Shown piece by piece: positions 23,126 through 32,787 of a stretch of DNA of 64,000 nucleotides. Each line of letters opens with the position of its first letter. Position 1 is the first letter of the stretch. Position numbers and translations under genes: made by a program. Below the pieces are notes generated by a model. It was not told the origin of the DNA and ran no database searches. It saw only the letters and a program-made list of their open reading frames with translations. The stretch is taken from assembly GCA_041393255.1 (NCBI GenBank), contig JAWKKM010000015.1, positions 468 through 64,467 on the forward strand, written 5' to 3'. Source of the stretch: Bacteroidales bacterium. GTDB taxonomy: Bacteria; Bacteroidota; Bacteroidia; Bacteroidales; JAADJA01.

Positions 23126-23608
23126 TTAATAAATTGAACGTATCGATTTTAATTCCTCACCATAATCATGTTGCAAGTCTTCATGCAGTGTACTTATCGC
23201 TTTCTTGATTTTTTGTAAATGGCGGCTATAAATATTTTTAAGTGCCATACTTTTATCCAATGGTATTCCGGATTCTGAGACTTTTCTGCAAAAATGGATC
23301 AGCAGTTCAACTTCAGTTTGTTTGTTTCCTGAGTATTTGATAAACTTATTGGTGATTCGAACAATTCTACGAATACTCTTTTTTACAAAATAGACATTGC
23401 TATTATTGATTTCTCCAAACAGCTGGTTCATCTCCTTTTTTATGGACTCAATATACAATTGTTCGTCTTGCATTTCAAAAAGCAAATAGGTCAGCAACTC
23501 CTTGTTTTCTTTTTTGAACTTGGCCAGCCTTAGGTTCAACTCCAACAATTCATTGGGTGTCCGATGTTTCATTTCCTGTTTGAGTTGGCTAATGGTAGCA
23601 GCTTTCAT
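23126..23608 (-). CDS. Hypothetical helical protein
   Basis: Intact 160-aa ORF. It is lysine-rich and looks helical, with no motif recognised. Confidence 0.4.
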   Translation of the reverse strand: MKAATISQLKQEMKHRTPNELLELNLRLAKFKKENKELLTYLLFEMQDEQLYIESIKKEMNQLFGEINNSNVYFVKKSIRRIVRITNKFIKYSGNKQTEVELLIHFCRKVSESGIPLDKSMALKNIYSRHLQKIKKAISTLHEDLQHDYGEELKSIRSIY

Positions 23609-23641
23609 TTAATGCAAATTAATCTTATTCAAAACTCATAA

Positions 23642-24088
23642 TTATTTCAATAACTGTATTAAGATAAGATTGTATTTGGCCAGGTTGTGCAAACGGGTTT
23701 TAAGGTCAATTTCGTCGTTATCATAATCCTTTGTGATATAAGCAGTTTTAATGTAAACACTTTCCAATACCTCTTCCAGTCCTTTATTCAGAAGGACAGA
23801 AGCATTCAAGTGAAACTTGTCCAAAAGCTCTTGTGTGACTTTTCGCCGGGTTATCAATCCAAAAGGTACCCCATAGTTTAAAGCATCCTTCAGCCCATCA
23901 TACTCCAGTGATTTGGCGATTTTGTAAAGCCTTTCCTTTTTTGGGTTGCTGTCATTCTTTAAAAGCTCTTTTAAAAACTGTTGGTTCAGTTTTGCCTGAT
24001 TACGCAGTCCGTTTTTAATCTGGTTAAGTGCTTGCTTGTCCTTGGCAAGGCTCCGTGAGGTGTCAATAATGTCTTTGATCCAACTCAT
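23642..24088 (-). CDS. Hypothetical helical protein
   Basis: Intact 148-aa ORF, 33 nt upstream of the 23126-23608 gene on the same strand. Confidence 0.4.
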   Translation of the reverse strand: MSWIKDIIDTSRSLAKDKQALNQIKNGLRNQAKLNQQFLKELLKNDSNPKKERLYKIAKSLEYDGLKDALNYGVPFGLITRRKVTQELLDKFHLNASVLLNKGLEEVLESVYIKTAYITKDYDNDEIDLKTRLHNLAKYNLILIQLLK

Positions 24089-24490
24089 ATACGATTTGAT
24101 TATGAATCAAAAGTAAGGCTTTAAAATATAACAACCAACCGATAAGAAAATATTTGAAAATACAGTGCGATCAGAATAGTAGAAATGGTTTTATTTTTTA
24201 GATCAACCATTCATAAAGCTGCTTCTATTATACCGTCTCTGATAAACTAGTTGAATCGGGCTTAACTCATTTCGGATTCTGTAATATTCTGAGAATCTTA
24301 TAGTGAGATCTTAAATTGAGTACTTTTTCCTATGGGGCACTAATTTATTCCTTCAATGCATTTTCAAGTCAGGTTTGTGTGCTATTGTTTTCAGGGAGAT
24401 AGCCTTTCCAGCGGGGGTTGTTAAGTGTTTTTTTCTGTTTGTTTTTACAGAGGTTGAAACACCTGATGATATTAATAATCTGTAACTATA

Positions 24491-25483
24491 TCACATCATC
24501 ACTGCGTTGTCAATCCTAAATAATTCTTCTTGGGAAAACTCAAGATTTTTAAGAGCGTTAACAACATCCTCAATCTGTTCAATACGGCTGGCACCTATCA
24601 GGGCAGAAGTCACCTGGGGTTTTCTCAATACCCAGGCAATTGCCATTTGGGCAAGGGTTTGATCCCTTTTCTTAGCCATTGAATCAAGTTGTTTAATGAT
24701 TGCGAGTTTTTCAGTTGTAATTTGTTTTGGGTTAAGGAACCGGCCATCTCTTAACGCTCTGGAGTCTGAAGGGATTTTATCAAGGTATCTATTGGTTAAA
24801 AGTCCCTGTGCCAGTGGTGAAAATACAATACAGCCTATTCCTTCATTTCCCAGAACATTGAGCAAGTCCTCTTCGATCCATCGATCCATCAAATTATATC
24901 GAGGCTGATGGATCAGCAGCGGAGTACCCATTTTCCTGATGATTTCAGCAGCCTTTCTAGTTTGGTCAGCGCTGTATTGGGATATGCCTGCATAAAGTGC
25001 TTTTCCGCTTTTGACAATTTGATCCAGCGCTCCCATCGTCTCTTCGAGTGGTGTTTCCGGATCGGGTCTGTGGTGGTAGAAAATATCTACATAATTCAGT
25101 CCCATTCGTTTCAGGCTTTGATCAAGGCTGGCAATCAGGTATTTTTTTGATCCAAAATTCCCGTAAGGCCCCGGCCACATGTCCCAACCCGCTTTGGTAG
25201 AAATTATGAGTTCATCCCGAAAGGGGGCAAAGTCTTTTTTGAGTATCTTCCCAAAGTTTTCTTCGGCTGCGCCATAGGGTGGGCCATAGTTATTAGCCAG
25301 GTCGAAATGAGTGATTCCTAAATCAAAGGCTTTTTGAAGCATGGCTCTTCCGTTTTCGAAATCATCATGATGGCCCCAATTGTGCCACAGTCCCAATGAA
25401 ATTGCCGGAAGTTTTAATCCGCTTCGGCCACAGCGGTTGTAGATCATCGTTTCATATCTCCTGTCGGATGGAATGTATGTCAT
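24491..25483 (-). CDS. Aldo/keto reductase (YghZ-like, L-glyceraldehyde-3-phosphate reductase type)
   Basis: MTYIPSDRRYETMIYNRCGRSGLKLPAISLGLWHNWG closely parallels the E. coli YghZ N-terminus. I chose the start at 25483 rather than the extended ORF start at 25558. Confidence 0.85.
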   Translation of the reverse strand: MTYIPSDRRYETMIYNRCGRSGLKLPAISLGLWHNWGHHDDFENGRAMLQKAFDLGITHFDLANNYGPPYGAAEENFGKILKKDFAPFRDELIISTKAGWDMWPGPYGNFGSKKYLIASLDQSLKRMGLNYVDIFYHHRPDPETPLEETMGALDQIVKSGKALYAGISQYSADQTRKAAEIIRKMGTPLLIHQPRYNLMDRWIEEDLLNVLGNEGIGCIVFSPLAQGLLTNRYLDKIPSDSRALRDGRFLNPKQITTEKLAIIKQLDSMAKKRDQTLAQMAIAWVLRKPQVTSALIGASRIEQIEDVVNALKNLEFSQEELFRIDNAVMM

Positions 25484-25623
25484 ATTGATTGTAATTTGGA
25501 ATTTGAAATAACTAAAATGACTAAAATATTTTGAGTGACTAAAATTACTAATTCCCATTCACCTTCATACTTTGAGACACGATAATTATACTATCTTAGT
25601 AAATTAAAATTTGACATTCCAGC

Positions 25624-27450
25624 ATGATACAAGAACAATCCATATGGCTTTTTAAGATTTCGTGCTTTATGATTTGCATGCTTGGGTTTTCGGTTTTGTT
25701 TTTTGGACAAACTTATCTGGAAGAAGATTTCAGCTCAGGACAAATGCCACCCAATGGCTGGTCAATTGACAATGTTTCAATTCAATGGACAGCAAGCAAT
25801 TCAGGTAATGCAGGTGGGACATCACCTGAAGCACAGTTTCAATGGATTCAGCAAATTGATACCTCCAGGCTGATTTCGCCTCAAATTGACCTTACAGGCT
25901 TAACAAGTGTTTTTGTCAGGTTTAATCATATGTATGATGATTATGAGGGAGCGGGCCCTTCGGTTGGGGTTGCAACCCGATCTGGAAGTTCAAACTGGAA
26001 TATTGTTTGGGAAATATTACCCACGATAAATGTTGGGCCCGAAACTATCGAACTCTTTATTTCGAACGATGATGTTGGCCAGCCTGATTTCCAGGTTTGT
26101 TTTTATGTTAAGGGCGACCTGTTTAACCTCGACTATTGGTACCTTGATAATATTTCAGTATTCCACCCAATGGAGTTGGAATTAAAACTCCTGCTTGAAG
26201 GGCCGTTTGAAAATTCCCAAATGTTGAATAACCTTAATACTTTGGGCTATCTCCCGCTTGATCAACCCTATGATGTTCCACCATGGAATTATTTTGGGCT
26301 TGAAAGTGTTTTGGAAATTCCCTCAAACAATGTTACAGATTGGGTTCTTTTCGAATTACTGAAAAAAGATCAGTTGGTGCAACAAAAATATATTTCCGTT
26401 GCTAAGCAAGTGGGGTTTATTCTTCAGGATGGAATGATTTCAGGATTGGATGGAGTTTCTTTCCCTACATTTTCAGTCACTGAGGCTGACAGTTTATATG
26501 TTTTGATACATCATCGAAACCACTTGATCGTATTGTCTTCCAATCCCCTAAGTCAATCTAACGGTATCTTTTCCTATGACTTTACACTTGATAGTAGCAT
26601 GGTCTTTCACGGGAGTTATGCTATGAAAGAGTTGTCAGAAAATAAATGGGGTGTCCTTTCGGGTGATGGAAATGCAGACAATGAAGTGAACAATTTGGAT
26701 AAGAACGAAGTTTGGATTCAACAGCAAAACAGCAGCGGGTATTTGACCGGTGATTACAACATGGATGGAACAGTTAATACAAATGATATTGAAGAAATGT
26801 GGAAGCCAAATGTAGGAAAAGGGAATTGGGTGCCCGATACCAGTCCTACAGCTTTCGTTTGTGGGGATACTCTGGAAGACACAAGAGATGGACACCTTTA
26901 TTCGACCATTCAAATTGGAAGCCAGTGCTGGATGCAGGAAAACCTGAATTATGAAACCGGCACCAATTGGTGTTACTACAATAATGAGGCATATTGCGAT
27001 GTTTTTGGCAGGCTTTATAACTGGAATACAATTATGAATGGAGCCTCAAGCAGCAATTCTGTTCCCAGCGGTGTTCAGGGAATTTGCCCGGAAGGATGGC
27101 ATTTGCCAAGTGACGCTGAGTGGTGTATCATTACCCAATTTATTGACCCAAGTGTGAATTGTGGAGCCACCGGATACAATGGGACGGATGTCGGGATAAA
27201 AATGAAATCTACCTGGGGGTGGAGCAGTGGCGGAAACGGTACCAATGAATCCGGATTTAATGCGCTTCCTGCAGGCTGTATGGGTATTTATCATTTTGAT
27301 GATCTTTATTTATTTTCCTACTTTTGGTCAACAACTGAGGATTATCCGGGCTATGCCTGGCTGATGAAGTTGAATTATGGGCTTCCAACCATTGGCAGGT
27401 ATTTTAGTTTGAAAAGCAGAGGATATAGTGCACGATGCCTCAGAAATTGA
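25624..27450 (+). CDS. Secreted protein with dockerin-like Ca-binding repeats and a C-terminal FISUMP (TIGR02145-type) domain
   Basis: GDGNADNEVNNLDKNEV and GDYNMDGTVNTNDIEEM are the dockerin-like repeats. The FISUMP hallmarks are IGSQCWMQENLNY...YNWNT...CPEGWHLPSDAEW...GFNALPAG...ARCLRN. Confidence 0.7.
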   Translation: MIQEQSIWLFKISCFMICMLGFSVLFFGQTYLEEDFSSGQMPPNGWSIDNVSIQWTASNSGNAGGTSPEAQFQWIQQIDTSRLISPQIDLTGLTSVFVRFNHMYDDYEGAGPSVGVATRSGSSNWNIVWEILPTINVGPETIELFISNDDVGQPDFQVCFYVKGDLFNLDYWYLDNISVFHPMELELKLLLEGPFENSQMLNNLNTLGYLPLDQPYDVPPWNYFGLESVLEIPSNNVTDWVLFELLKKDQLVQQKYISVAKQVGFILQDGMISGLDGVSFPTFSVTEADSLYVLIHHRNHLIVLSSNPLSQSNGIFSYDFTLDSSMVFHGSYAMKELSENKWGVLSGDGNADNEVNNLDKNEVWIQQQNSSGYLTGDYNMDGTVNTNDIEEMWKPNVGKGNWVPDTSPTAFVCGDTLEDTRDGHLYSTIQIGSQCWMQENLNYETGTNWCYYNNEAYCDVFGRLYNWNTIMNGASSSNSVPSGVQGICPEGWHLPSDAEWCIITQFIDPSVNCGATGYNGTDVGIKMKSTWGWSSGGNGTNESGFNALPAGCMGIYHFDDLYLFSYFWSTTEDYPGYAWLMKLNYGLPTIGRYFSLKSRGYSARCLRN

Positions 27451-27943
27451 TCATGAATTCTATGTATGTACGTCGAATTTTCACTCAACTTTAGGATGCC
27501 AGGAAGTATGCCGTGTCAATTGAGATGATTTATGGTTATCCTAACCCACATGGTGCAATGCGCAATCAGGATGAAATCCATTCAAGGCAAAAAAAGGCCA
27601 CAATGAATATTATCCTTCTGACTACAATTGATCCCCCAAATCTATAATAAGGATATTTCTTCGTTTCCCAATATTAAATATACTATCTGAGTAGAGAAAT
27701 GAAAATAATTGAATGATAGTTTAATCCCTGTGTTTTTTTGTCAGTTATATTATTTGTGTAATTTCCTTCTTATCTATGCATTACCTTACAGATTAAATTT
27801 CCATACGTTTATCATGAATAGTATTGCATTCGGACGTCTCTTAAAATTTTACTAACTCCCTGGCTTAAGTTTGTATAAATATTTTTTAATGTGAAGCTAA
27901 ATATGTTATGACTGAATTTCCTGTTTTAGTATAAAAAATATTT

Positions 27944-28689
27944 ATGGTCAAAGCCATCGTAATAGAAAATGATGCACCTATCCGGAATTTTATTGTCCAA
28001 ACGATTGAATCGCTATGTCCCAATGTGGGCATCATTTCAGTCGCTACCGATATCAAAACCGGGATTGGTGCCATCAATGAGCATGAACCTGATTTAGTCT
28101 TACTGGATATAAAACAACCGGACGGAAGTGGTTTTGAATTGGTCGATCATTTTCCTTCCCCCGAGTTTAAAGTGATTTTTTTCTCAAGCTATCCCGATTA
28201 CGCTATCAAGGCAATCCGCTACAACGCCATTGATTATATAACAAAACCCATCAAACAGGAAGAGCTGGCCCAGGCAGTTAAAAAAGCAGAGGACATCATC
28301 AGGTATGAAGAAAAACTTCAGGCCAAAGCCCTTGGCCAAAGCATTAAAAGCCTGAACAGTTCCCACCGCCTCGTTTTAAATCCAGTGACCAGATCCATTT
28401 GGTTGATGCCAACGAAATCATTCACATTGAAGCAGATGGGAATTATTCAACGTTTTATCTGATTGACGGGCGAAAGATTGTCATTTCAAAATCAACCAGG
28501 GAATTTGAAGAACAGTTGCTCGACCAGGGTTTTCACCGAATCCATAAATCACATATTATTAACATTAACCGGATGAACTATTTCGACAAAGCAGATGGCG
28601 GTACGCTGGTGATGTGCAATGGTGATGAAGTGCCTGTTGCTTCAAGGAAACGGGATATGTTGATGGAATTGTTTGATAGTTTGATTTAA
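27944..28689 (+). CDS. LytTR-family response regulator with one frame break near 28380
   Basis: A receiver domain (DLVLLDIKQPDGSG) is joined to a LytTR domain (IIHIEADGNYSTFYL...FHRIHKSHIINI). The frame is restored by adding an A to an A-run. Confidence 0.8.
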
Positions 28690-28748
28690 TACTTGTTTAA
28701 AGTAAAATAAAACTTAATGATGAATATCGAAGTGAAAAAGAGAATAAT

Positions 28749-28873
28749 AAATCTCAAATTGCTAGTCGGTGTTCTCCCAAAGGGATGTCGATGGCAGGCA
28801 TTCGAAATTCCAAATAGAAAAAGAAGTTTAAATGAATTATGAATTTCGATTAACGAATGATGATTTCAGAAGT
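28749..28873 (+). repeat. Left copy of the direct repeat flanking the four-helix-bundle gene
   Basis: AAATCTCAAATTGCTAGTCGGTGTT...ATTCGAAATTCCAAATAGAAAAAGAAGTTTAAATGAATTATGAATTTCGATTAACGAATGATGATTTCAGAAGT aligns with 29260-29362 at roughly 80% identity by eye. This left copy has an extra insert of about 25 nt. Confidence 0.7.
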
Positions 28874-28881
28874 ATTGAATT

Positions 28882-29241
28882 ATGGATAAATATGATTTAG
28901 AGGAAAGATTAATAAAATTTTCGGTTTTAATCATTGAAATTGTAAATGAGATGTCAAGTTCAAAGGCAGGAAATCATTTATCAGGTCAATTGGTTCGTTC
29001 AGGAACGTCTGTTTCATTGAATTATGGAGAGGCTCAAAGTGCAGAATCAAGAAGGGATTTTATCCATAAAATGAAAATAATACTAAAGGAATTACGAGAA
29101 ACATTTGTGTGCCTAAAAATAATTCATTTAAGCAAATTATATAAAACAGAAGAGAAAATCATTAAAGCAAAAAAAGAGAACAATGAATTGATTTCGATAT
29201 TTGTAAAAAGTATAGAAACCGCTCAGAAGAAATTGAATTAA
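28882..29241 (+). CDS. Four-helix-bundle protein (23S rRNA intervening-sequence protein / Avd family)
   Basis: 119 aa. LSGQLVRSGTSVSLNYGEAQSAESRRDFIHKMKIILKELRETFVCLKI is the typical signature of this family. Confidence 0.75.
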   Translation: MDKYDLEERLIKFSVLIIEIVNEMSSSKAGNHLSGQLVRSGTSVSLNYGEAQSAESRRDFIHKMKIILKELRETFVCLKIIHLSKLYKTEEKIIKAKKENNELISIFVKSIETAQKKLN

Positions 29242-29259
29242 AAAAATTGATTTCATGAA

Positions 29260-29362
29260 AAATCTCAAATCGTTACTCGGTGTTGGATATTCGAAATTCA
29301 AGATAGAAAATGAAGTTAAAATGAAGTATGAATTTCAGCAAACCATTGATGATTTGAGAAGT
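29260..29362 (+). repeat. Right copy of the direct repeat flanking the four-helix-bundle gene
   Basis: See the left copy at 28749-28873. Confidence 0.7.
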
Positions 29363-29385
29363 TAAAAAAGAACTGCAAATATCCA

Positions 29386-32300
29386 ATGCAAAAACAAGAA
29401 GCCACCATATTATCTGCAGAACTTTCGGGATTCCAGTCACTGGCTGAGAGCCTGACACCGGAAGAGATCACTCCCATGATGAAGGAGGTTCATTCCCTTG
29501 TTGAGAATACGGCCCGTTTGCACCAGGGTAAACTAAACCGCTACACCGGTGATACTTTCCTAACTGTATTTAATACTTCTAAAACGGCTGCAAAAAACGC
29601 CATTGATTCGGCCTTTGAATTAAGGGATCAATTGATTTCATTTACCCGGGAGAAAAAACCTGGCCTGCCTTTTAACCTGAAATTTGGAATCGCTACAGGT
29701 GGCATTATAATCACAGATATTGGAAATGAGCAGAAACAGCAAACCCTAATGGGCGAAGCCGTAAACCATGCCAACCGCATGAGCCAGTTTGCCGAAGAGG
29801 GGCAAATACTAGCGGATGAAAAAACAATGGAAGGCTTGACAAATGATTTTGAGCTTCAAAAACTGGAACCCATTCCCCTGAAAGGAGGAGTTGAAACGCT
29901 TCCCATTTTTGAACTTACAGGTAAAAAAGAAAAAGAAACTGGATATTAAACCAAAATCAGAACGAAAGATTGTTTCTCCAATGGTGGGCCGCAGCAGGGA
30001 AGCTGATCAATTGGAAGGCCTGATTAAAAATCTGGTTGCAGGAAAAGGTTCCATTGTAAACATTGTTGGCAAGGCCGGAATTGGCAAGTCGCGCCTGATG
30101 GCTGAGATAAAAGTGCAACCCATCATGGAAAAATTACTATTGCTCGAAGGCCGTGCAGTGTCGACAGGGCAAAATCTCAGTTTTCATCCCATTACCAATT
30201 TGATCAAATCCTGGGCTGGGATCACCGAAGATGACTTACCTTCAGTTTCCTCAGAAAAACTGTACCAGGGAATAAAACACAATACTCCTGAACAAGCTGA
30301 TGAAATCTATGCTTTTGTTGCCACCATGATGGGATTGCCGCTGGAAGGAAAATATAAAGAACGTGTAAAAGGAATAGAAGGGGAAGCATTAGAAAAATTA
30401 ATCCTGAAAAACTTACGTGACCTGATTATTGCAGCCACCAGAGACAAACCCCGCATCTACATGATCGAGGATATGCACTGGGCCGACAGTTCTTCCATTA
30501 CCATGCTTGAATCCCTGTTTAAATTATCGGGCAGCCACCGGGTGATGTTTATCAACATCCTGCGCCCGGGTTATAAGGAAACAGGTGACTATATTTTAAA
30601 ATATCTGGTGGATAACCTGCCCGGCGACCATATCACCATCAACATTTCTCCTTTGGCCAATGCAGAATCCAGCGAACTCATCGGTAACCTGCTTCAACAA
30701 GTCCAGCTCCCTGATGAAATCAAAGAGGTTATTATAAAAAAAACAGAGGGAAACCCATTTTTTATCGAAGAAGTGATCCGCAGTTTTATTGATGAAGGTA
30801 TCGTAGAAATTAAAGACAACCTATTCAGGGTAACGGATAAAATTCATACAGCCAAAATCCCCGAAACCATCAATGATGTGATCCTTTCGCGGGTGGATAA
30901 GTTGGATGAAAAAACCAGGGAGTTGTTAAATACAGCATCAGTCATGGGAAGAAACTTCTATTACAAAGTGTTGGAAGAGGCTACCGATACCATTGAGGAA
31001 CTGGATGAACGGCTCGAATACCTTAAAGACGTGCAGTTGATCAGCGAAAGTAAACCGAAGGAAGATATCGAGTTCCTGTTTAAACACGCCCTTGCCCAGC
31101 AGTTGACCTACGATTCCATCATTCAGCAATCGCGGAAAGACCTTCACCTGAAAATTGCCCGTTCCATCGAAAAGGTATTTGCCGAAAACATCCAGGATTA
31201 TTATGGCACGCTGGCCTACCACTACACCAAAGCCGAAAACGAGGAAAAAACAATTCAATATTTGATTTTAGCAGGTGATGAATCCATGAAATCCGGGGCT
31301 TCTTCTGAGGCACTGAATTATTACAAGGATGCACTGAATAGGCTTCCTGAAAGCAGGAAAAATGATAATTCAGTTTTTGAAATAAGAGATCTGCAATTTA
31401 AAGTTGCATTTGCTTACCATGCAATTGGAAAAAATATTGAGGCACGTGCAGGCTTTGAAGCGCTAACCAGAAAATACTTTGGATATAACATTTTAGACAA
31501 TGGGTATCCTCTAATCTACAGAGGAATTATAAGTATGCTCAAGTTCATATTTGTCATAAATAACCAATCTCTATTTTTTAAAAGGAAAGTAGATGATGAT
31601 TTTCATTTATTTGCAAGAACAATTAAACAATGGGGAGAAGCAATAGCAACCGCTAATCCGAGGACTTTTGCCTTTAATGGTTTTCATATCCTTATAAAAT
31701 TAAGCAAGTATCAGCTTCATGATTCTATACACGGACTTGCAGTTTTTGTCGAGAGTAGTTCTATGTATATGTGGACGGGAATTTCATTTAATGTGAGCAG
31801 TAAAATGCTGGAATATGCCGAGAAAGGTGGTGCAGGCCAACATCCTGTTTCACGGGCCACATATCGGTTTATCCTTAAAATGTATGAATTTATGACGGGA
31901 GATTGGAAAGTGGATGAAGATTTTCAACAGGTTTATGAAATGGGTGCACGTGTAGGGCATTTCTGGCCACTTACGATTTATGTAATGTACTCAGGCATGG
32001 TTAATATTGAGCTTGGTAAATTTGATGCACTCCTCGATAATGTTAAAAAGTTGAATGAAATTTCGGATACATTTGATAACAGCCATGCCAAAGCTCAAAT
32101 GTACCGCATGATGGTGCCTGGATATTATCGATTCAGGCGACTCGATGAAGCAATTAAGTTGGCAGATGAAGGAATAGATTATACAAGGAAAACAGGCCAT
32201 TTTGCAATGTTGATGGTTTTGTATTGTTCAAAATCGCAGGTACTCACATTAAAAGGACAACTAAATGAGGCAAGGTTGGCATTTAATGAGGCAGACAAAT

Positions 32301-32782
32301 TAATTGAGCATCACAAAATAATCACGATCTATTATTGCCCATATCTACTTGCAAAAGTAAAACTGGAATTTGAAGAATTAAAATCGCTATCCAAAAGTGA
32401 TAAAAATTATAAATCTAAATTAAAACAGCCACTTAAAACATCTGACAAATTAATCTCAAAATCCAAAAAAATGATCGGTTCGCTTACTGAAGCTTATTTG
32501 GTCAGAGCCCAAATTGATATTTTCCTTAATAAACAAAAGAAAGCTTTTAAAAATCTTCAACTGGCCATTCAGGCAGGTGAAAAATACAACGGCCGCCTCG
32601 AACTTTCCCGCGCTTATTTCGAAACCGGCAAATTCCTCTCCGATCCCAAAGTTAAGTACAATGAATTAAATGGCCACCCTGCCAGCCATTATCTCGAAAA
32701 AGCCAAAACCATGTTTAATGAAATGGATTTGCAATGGGATTTGGAGGAGTATGGGAAGTTTGTTAATCAAAATCCCTCTTGA
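29386..32782 (+). CDS. Class III nucleotidyl cyclase - STAND (AAA_16-like) P-loop NTPase - TPR/helical repeat protein, copy 1 (frame break in an A-rich run near 29925-29940)
   Basis: Cyclase motifs are RYTGDTF and GEAVNHANR. Walker A is GKAGIGKSRL and Walker B is RIYMIEDMHWADSSS. The C-terminus is long and helical. ORFs 29386-29949 and 29891-32782 are colinear with the single intact ORF of copy 2. Confidence 0.8.
29936..30495 (+). repeat. Near-identical 560-bp block shared with 33334-33893 (NTPase N-terminal half)
   Basis: The two blocks are colinear at a constant offset of 3398 nt with no indels. I saw only scattered substitutions by eye, including a stretch of about 190 nt with 2-3 differences. 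Confidence 0.85.
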
Positions 32783-32787
32783 GAACT

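Noticed and set aside
25484-25558. 25-aa N-terminal extension of the aldo/keto reductase ORF
   Set aside because: The extension is low-complexity sequence (SHFSYFKFQ). Homology to YghZ begins at the internal Met at 25483.
29891-29949. Reading the 29891 ORF as an independent gene that overlaps the cyclase ORF
   Set aside because: The upstream part (MKRFPFLNLQVKKKKK) is just the cyclase C-terminus read out of frame. Colinearity with the intact copy 2 shows that this is one gene with a frame break.
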